From contig CABSHY010000001.1 in assembly GCA_902477615.1 (NCBI GenBank), positions 1 to 32,249 of the forward strand: DNA of 32,249 nt, in the 5' to 3' direction. A program made the position numbers and the translations under genes. The notes below the pieces were generated by a model. It worked only from the letters and a program-made list of their open reading frames with translations, searched no databases and was not told the origin of the DNA. Within the stretch, counting starts at the first letter, position 1. Each line of letters begins with the position of its first letter. This stretch comes from an uncultured Sutterella sp. Its GTDB lineage: Bacteria > Pseudomonadota > Gammaproteobacteria > Burkholderiales > Burkholderiaceae_F. Of the stretch, positions 27,270-32,249 are shown piece by piece.

Positions 27270-29318
27270 TTAGTAGTTCTCAGCACGCACTTCAAAGAAG
27301 CTTTGAGCGTAGCCGCAAACCGGGCAGGCTTCAGGAGCCTTCGGGCCCATGACGAGGTGACCGCAAATACGGCATTCCCACATCGTTTGTTCGGCCTTGG
27401 CAAACACTTGTTGCATTTCAACGTTCTTCAAGAGCTTACGATAGCGTTCTTCGTGAGCTTTTTCGATGGCACCGACAGCGCGGAACTTAGCAGCCAAGTC
27501 CAAGAAGCCTTCTTCTTCGGCTTCCTTGGCAAACGTGGCGTACATGTCCGTCCATTCATAGTTTTCGCCGTCAGCGGCAGCGCCCAAGTTCTTGGACGTG
27601 TCACCGATCCAACCCAAAGCTTCACACCACAAGCGGGCGTGTTCTTGTTCGTTGCGAGCGGTTTGTAAGAAAATGGCAGCGATTTGTTCATAGCCTTCAC
27701 GCTTGGCCACTTCTGCGAAGTACGTGTACTTGTTGCGAGCTTGAGATTCACCGGCAAAGCAGGTCATCAAGTTCTTTTCCGTCTTGGAGCCGGCCAACTT
27801 GCCGTTGCATTCGCACTTTTCAACCACGGGTTCAAAGGCTTCATAACCCTTCTTGCAGAGCGGGCAAATGATGTCCTTGGGCAATTCGCCATCACATTCG
27901 TGAACGTAACCGCAGACCTTACAGATATACTTCATCTTTTTTTCTCCTAAATCCCCACTACGATCAGTGTAGTGAGTGTGTAACATTTGTTCAGCTAATT
28001 CCGACAAAGGCTTGCCGTAGAACGTTTCGTAAAGCGCTTTGATTTCTTCATTTTCATGACTCGTGCGCTTTTGAACAGGCAAGCTTTCATCGCGTTTATA
28101 AAGAGCGTCAATACGCAATTGACGCGTTTGATCTTCTTGACCCCAATTGAGTTTGGGTTGACCGCCACCGCTGATGCAACCGCCGGGGCAGGTCATCACT
28201 TCAACCATATGGTAGGGCTTGTCCGTCGTCTTCAAAGATTCAATGAATTGACCGGCAGCAGCCGTACCGTAGATCACCGCCACATTCACCGTGGTACCGG
28301 CAACATCAAGGCTTGCTTCCTTGACGTTCTTTAAACCACGAACGGGTTTTAAGTCAAAGAGCACTTCCGGTGCCTTTTCACCGGTGATAAATTCATAGGC
28401 CGTACGAAGGGCGGCTTCCATCACGCCACCCGTATTGCCGAAAATTACGCCGGCGCCGGAACCTTCGCCCATCAAGCGGTCAAATTGAGATTCTTCGATC
28501 GCACTAAATTGGATGCCACGCGCTTGAGCCCATAAGCCCAATTCGTGGGTGGTGACCACAAAGTCCGTGTCACGCATGCCTTCTACGCCCCAGTATTTGC
28601 CGGCAGCGCACATTTCTTCACGACGGATTTCAAACTTCTTGGCCGTGCAGGGGGTAATGGCAACGTGAACAATCTTCTTCGCATCAATCCCTTGGGCTTT
28701 TGCAAAATAGGTCTTAACGGTCGGACCTTGCATGCCGATGGGGCTCTTAGCCGAAGAGATGTGTTTGATCATGTGCGGATAAAACGTTTCGCAATACTTC
28801 ACCCAAGAGGGGCAACAGCTTGTAAATTGCGGCAACGTAGCATCCTTGTCTTGCAAGCGGGCAATGAGTTCGCTCGCTTCTTCCATAATGGTTAAGTCAG
28901 CGGCAAAGTTCGTGTCCAAAACATAATCGGCACCCAAAGCGCGCAAAAGGCCCACCATCTTGCCTTGCTCAAAACTGCCAGCGGGCAAACCAAAGGCTTC
29001 GGCAATGGCAGCACGAACAGCCGGTGACGTGGACATCACGACAATGGTGTCGGGGTCGTTGATCGCTTTTTGAACATCGGGGTATTCAAGCGGGCTCGAA
29101 AGGCTTCCCGTGGGGCAGACGTTAATGCATTGACCGCAGTGAATGCAGATGGCACGATCGCCCGTCTTTTCAAGATCATAGCGACCATGCACTCCAATGT
29201 AGTCTTCGCAGACTTGACGGCACATTGCGCAGTTAACGCATAAGGCTTCATCGCGCTTAAGAGCGGGATTGTCCTCGTTAACGGCAACGCGTACATCGAG
29301 TGATTGATGAATGGACAT
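27270..29318 (-). CDS. [FeFe]-hydrogenase (group A type, 2x[4Fe-4S] + H-cluster) fused to rubredoxin-like and rubrerythrin domains
   Basis: [11 protein letters not shown] and [13 protein letters not shown]-cluster motifs [35 protein letters not shown]...[28 protein letters not shown]...CPVC. Confidence 0.93.
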   Translation of the reverse strand: MSIHQSLDVRVAVNEDNPALKRDEALCVNCAMCRQVCEDYIGVHGRYDLEKTGDRAICIHCGQCINVCPTGSLSSPLEYPDVQKAINDPDTIVVMSTSPAVRAAIAEAFGLPAGSFEQGKMVGLLRALGADYVLDTNFAADLTIMEEASELIARLQDKDATLPQFTSCCPSWVKYCETFYPHMIKHISSAKSPIGMQGPTVKTYFAKAQGIDAKKIVHVAITPCTAKKFEIRREEMCAAGKYWGVEGMRDTDFVVTTHELGLWAQARGIQFSAIEESQFDRLMGEGSGAGVIFGNTGGVMEAALRTAYEFITGEKAPEVLFDLKPVRGLKNVKEASLDVAGTTVNVAVIYGTAAAGQFIESLKTTDKPYHMVEVMTCPGGCISGGGQPKLNWGQEDQTRQLRIDALYKRDESLPVQKRTSHENEEIKALYETFYGKPLSELAEQMLHTHYTDRSGDLGEKKMKYICKVCGYVHECDGELPKDIICPLCKKGYEAFEPVVEKCECNGKLAGSKTEKNLMTCFAGESQARNKYTYFAEVAKREGYEQIAAIFLQTARNEQEHARLWCEALGWIGDTSKNLGAAADGENYEWTDMYATFAKEAEEEGFLDLAAKFRAVGAIEKAHEERYRKLLKNVEMQQVFAKAEQTMWECRICGHLVMGPKAPEACPVCGYAQSFFEVRAENY

Positions 29319-29365
29319 AAATTCTCCCTACAGTCCTACGATTGCAATCGTTTTGATTGCGACTC

Positions 29366-29432
29366 AGTATAGAGGGCCCATTTTCAAATCACAATTGGAC
29401 TTGTAAGCACCCTCAATAGTTAAAGTCTATTG
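29366..29432 (-). promoter_or_regulatory. Promoter with abutting OxyR-like site
   Basis: - strand ATAG-N7-CTAT-N7-gctt-N7-CAAT running into TTGTGA-17-TATACT. Confidence 0.6.
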
Positions 29433-29434
29433 AC

Positions 29435-29465
29435 GCAAAACGCAACTCAAACGGTTGCGTTTTGC
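29435..29465. terminator. Hairpin closing the pepN-fbp-sORF unit
   Basis: GCAAAACGCAAC...GTTGCGTTTTGC 12-bp stem. Confidence 0.75.
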
Positions 29466-29466
29466 A

Positions 29467-29643
29467 TTATTTGTCATCAGAATCGGTTGGCTGATCAGCC
29501 TTGTCTCGTTTAGGGGCGGATTTATCTTGGCCAAGGCTTCCGAAAATACTTTTATTCGGATTGTCCTTTGCCCAACTGGTAAAGCCGTAGACAATGATCA
29601 ATGGAATTAAAATCCAATCGGCGATCAGCTCAAGCCATTCCAT
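29467..29643 (-). CDS. Small single-TM protein, 58 aa (not in the ORF track)
   Basis: MEWLELIADWILIPLIIVYGFTSWAKDNPNKSIFGSLGQDKSAPKRDKADQPTDSDDK; starts 2 nt after the fbp stop and ends at the hairpin. Confidence 0.65.
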   Translation of the reverse strand: MEWLELIADWILIPLIIVYGFTSWAKDNPNKSIFGSLGQDKSAPKRDKADQPTDSDDK

Positions 29644-29645
29644 AA

Positions 29646-30641
29646 CTATTTAGCGTGATAAGAGGTGACCAAGTCAACTTCTTCTTGAGAGCCTAAGAAC
29701 ACGGCCACACGTTGGTGTAAGCCCGTTGGCGTGATTTCACGAATGCGTTCATAGCCATTGGTGGCACGGCCACCGGCCTCTTCAATCAACCAACTCATCG
29801 GATTGGCTTCGTACATTAAGCGCAACTTGCCGGCCTTTTTCGGATCACGGTTATCACGCGGGTACATGAAGATACCGCCTCGATTTAAGATGCGGTGCAC
29901 TTCAGCGACCATGGCGGCAATCCAACGCATGTTGAAGTTCTTACCGCGAGGACCCGTGACGCCTGCCAACATTTCAGAAACGTAGCGTTGAACCGGGGCT
30001 TCCCAGTGACGCATATTGGAGCAGTTGATAGCAAATTCAGCTGTTTGCGGGGCCAACGTCACCTTTTCAATGGTTTGGAAGTATTCGTTCTTCGCAGAAT
30101 CCAACGTAAAGACCGTCGTACCAAAGCCCAACGTCATCACCAATTGCGTTTGCGGGCCGTAGATCACGTAACCGGCCGCCTTTTGTTGCGTACCCGGTTG
30201 CAAGAATTCTTCGTCCTTGACGTCACGGTGCGGGGTGCCGGCGGGCAAAATCGAGAAAATCGTGCCGATGGAGACATTGATGTCGATGTTGCTAGAGCCA
30301 TCCAACGGATCAAACAAAACCAAGTAGGGGCCGATGTCGCAGTTTTCCGGCACTTGAAGAGCGTTATCCATTTCTTCACTGGCCACCGCGCTCACAAAAC
30401 CGCTTTCCATGCAGGCTTGGCTCATGATGTCATTGGCAATAATGTCCAATTTCTTTTGCGTTTCGCCTTGGACATTTTCACTGCCAGCGGAACCTAAAAC
30501 GCCTGCCAATGCACCTAAACTTACCTTAAAGCTGATGTCTTTACACGTTTCGGCGATGTGAGCGATAAGCCCCGTGAGCTTAGGATCCACACCGTGTTCA
30601 TTTTGCATTTCTTGTAAATACAAGGCTAAAGTTTTTGCCAT
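29646..30641 (-). CDS. fbp: Class 1 fructose-1,6-bisphosphatase
   Basis: [33 protein letters not shown]. Confidence 0.97.
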   Translation of the reverse strand: MAKTLALYLQEMQNEHGVDPKLTGLIAHIAETCKDISFKVSLGALAGVLGSAGSENVQGETQKKLDIIANDIMSQACMESGFVSAVASEEMDNALQVPENCDIGPYLVLFDPLDGSSNIDINVSIGTIFSILPAGTPHRDVKDEEFLQPGTQQKAAGYVIYGPQTQLVMTLGFGTTVFTLDSAKNEYFQTIEKVTLAPQTAEFAINCSNMRHWEAPVQRYVSEMLAGVTGPRGKNFNMRWIAAMVAEVHRILNRGGIFMYPRDNRDPKKAGKLRLMYEANPMSWLIEEAGGRATNGYERIREITPTGLHQRVAVFLGSQEEVDLVTSYHAK

Positions 30642-30665
30642 GGTTTGTCTTTCCTTTTCGTGGTG

Positions 30666-32249
30666 TTAGTGAGAGGCGTTGTTAAGCGCCTTACCCACGA
30701 CTTCCTTAAGATTATTCGATAAATTCGGTTGAGAATAAACGTAGTTTAATGCACCAAACATTAAGCGGGCACATTCGGGCGTGTAGCGACGCCAGCCATC
30801 AAGGCAGCGAGCCAAACGAGCAGCAATGGCCGGGTTAATGCGGTCAAGTTTCAAAACTTCACTTGCCCAAAGTTTATAGCCTTCGTTGTCAGGGCGGTGG
30901 AACTCTGCCAAATTGTTTTGACAGAAGGCTAAAACCAACGAATAGACGTTATTGGGGTTATTCGTGTTGTAGCCCGGATAACGTTCAATAAGATTTTGCA
31001 CAACATCCTTAATGGAGCATTCGTCCATGGGGATGGTGGCCGTGGCCTGAACCGTAAACCACTTGTTGATCAAAAGCGGTTCATCACGCCATTCTGCCTC
31101 AGCGGCTTCAAGCAATGCGTACTTGGTGGGCGAAGCGCTATTGACAATAATGCGCAAGGCATCCAAGCGCTCGGTCAAATTCGAACTCGTTTCAAACGAC
31201 TGACGGGCACGCAAAAGCGACTTGGCGTTGCCACCGGCTAAAAGCAATTCAAAGCAGATGGCACGAAGCGCACGACGACCCGAATCGGTCGGATTGGGTG
31301 AATAGGTCGAGCTCGGTAAATTTTCATCAAAGACGCGCATGATGACGTGTGAGAAAAGGCGACCCAATTGGTCACGTAACGCACGCGTAGCGGCACGAAT
31401 CGCTAAAGGATTAATCAAGGGTTGAGACTCAGCCACACGACGCTCGCTCGGTAACGTCAACGCAATCGCCTTAAACGCAGCCGAAGCTTGCTTGTCGGTT
31501 AACATTGCTTCAAAAGCATTTTTGAAATGGGGATTAATCACCATGCGCGTGCCGCGTTCATAATCCATCACCATTTCGTTGATGCAACGAAGCGACAACG
31601 CTTCCATGGCTTCACAACGGTTAAAGGCATCGTTATCGAAGCGACTTAAAAAGAACAATTCTTCGTTCGTGTAGTCATAGTCCACAACGATCGGTGCCGA
31701 GAAATTACGGGCCAAAGACGGAACCGGTTTTTCTTTAATGCCGACAAAGGTCCAAGTAAATTCCGTTTCGGTCAATTCCAAAATGCGGGCGTTACCCTTG
31801 GGACTCGTTTCGGCTTGCAACTGCAAAGGAATGGGGTTGCCCTTGGGGCTCAAAAGCGCAAAACCAAAGGGGATATGGAAGGGTTCCTTATGCGCTTGGC
31901 CGGGCGTTGCCGGACAAGATTGCGTCAGTTTTACCGTGTAGGTGGCGCTGTTGCGATTCCATTGCGTCTCGACCTTGACGTGCGGGGTACCGGCTTGCGT
32001 GTACCAACGCTTAAATTGCGTCAAGTCCTTTAAGTTGGCCTTGCCCATTGCGGCTAAGAAGTCGTCGCAGGTGACTGCATTCCCATCATTTTCTTTGATG
32101 TACAAATCAAAGCCACGCTTAAAGCCCTCTTTACCCAAAAGAGTTTGCAACATACGGATAACTTCGGCACCCTTTTCATAAACGGTGGTCGTATAGAAAT
32201 TATTGATTTCTTCGTAGGACTCGGGGCGAATCGGGTGAGCCATGGGGCC
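30666..32249 (-). CDS. pepN: Aminopeptidase N, C-terminal part (5' end lies outside the window)
   Basis: AHPIRP..Y.EINNFYT.TVYEKGAEV, WY.QAGTP, NPN.V..L, N..IAARL. Confidence 0.95.
   Translation of the reverse strand, partial: GPMAHPIRPESYEEINNFYTTTVYEKGAEVIRMLQTLLGKEGFKRGFDLYIKENDGNAVTCDDFLAAMGKANLKDLTQFKRWYTQAGTPHVKVETQWNRNSATYTVKLTQSCPATPGQAHKEPFHIPFGFALLSPKGNPIPLQLQAETSPKGNARILELTETEFTWTFVGIKEKPVPSLARNFSAPIVVDYDYTNEELFFLSRFDNDAFNRCEAMEALSLRCINEMVMDYERGTRMVINPHFKNAFEAMLTDKQASAAFKAIALTLPSERRVAESQPLINPLAIRAATRALRDQLGRLFSHVIMRVFDENLPSSTYSPNPTDSGRRALRAICFELLLAGGNAKSLLRARQSFETSSNLTERLDALRIIVNSASPTKYALLEAAEAEWRDEPLLINKWFTVQATATIPMDECSIKDVVQNLIERYPGYNTNNPNNVYSLVLAFCQNNLAEFHRPDNEGYKLWASEVLKLDRINPAIAARLARCLDGWRRYTPECARLMFGALNYVYSQPNLSNNLKEVVGKALNNASH

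Noticed and set aside
2189..32181. Many short antisense or alternate-frame ORFs (e.g. 2503..2988, 17723..18283, 29895..30497)
   Set aside because: They shadow well-supported genes and show no recognisable motifs

Overview
A chromosomal window from a betaproteobacterium, inferred from gene content and the 6S RNA sequence to be a Sutterellaceae-like gut organism. Hydrogen metabolism dominates it. A divergent pair of operons encodes a membrane-bound, O2-tolerant-type (group 1d) [NiFe] hydrogenase. The + strand carries hyaABC-hyaD-hupF-hyaE-hyaF-rubredoxin plus a translationally coupled carbamate kinase; the - strand carries hybE-hupK-hypABFCDE. The small-subunit gene has an in-frame TAG inside its Tat signal peptide. 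Further on are an orphan Wolinella-type frdC, upp, metNI without metQ, an AlbA_2/ATPase/wHTH gene beside tRNA-Thr with a probable IS200/IS605-type end, tauE, an EVE protein, 6S RNA, uppP, trmB, tRNA-Gly, fbp and partial pepN. The best candidate for a new system is a single ORF fusing a [FeFe]-hydrogenase to rubredoxin and rubrerythrin domains. It has an OxyR-like box abutting its promoter, and an internal SD plus an A-AAA-AAG slippery site at the domain junction, which suggests an H2-fuelled peroxide defence. All calls come from motif reading only; no searches were run.
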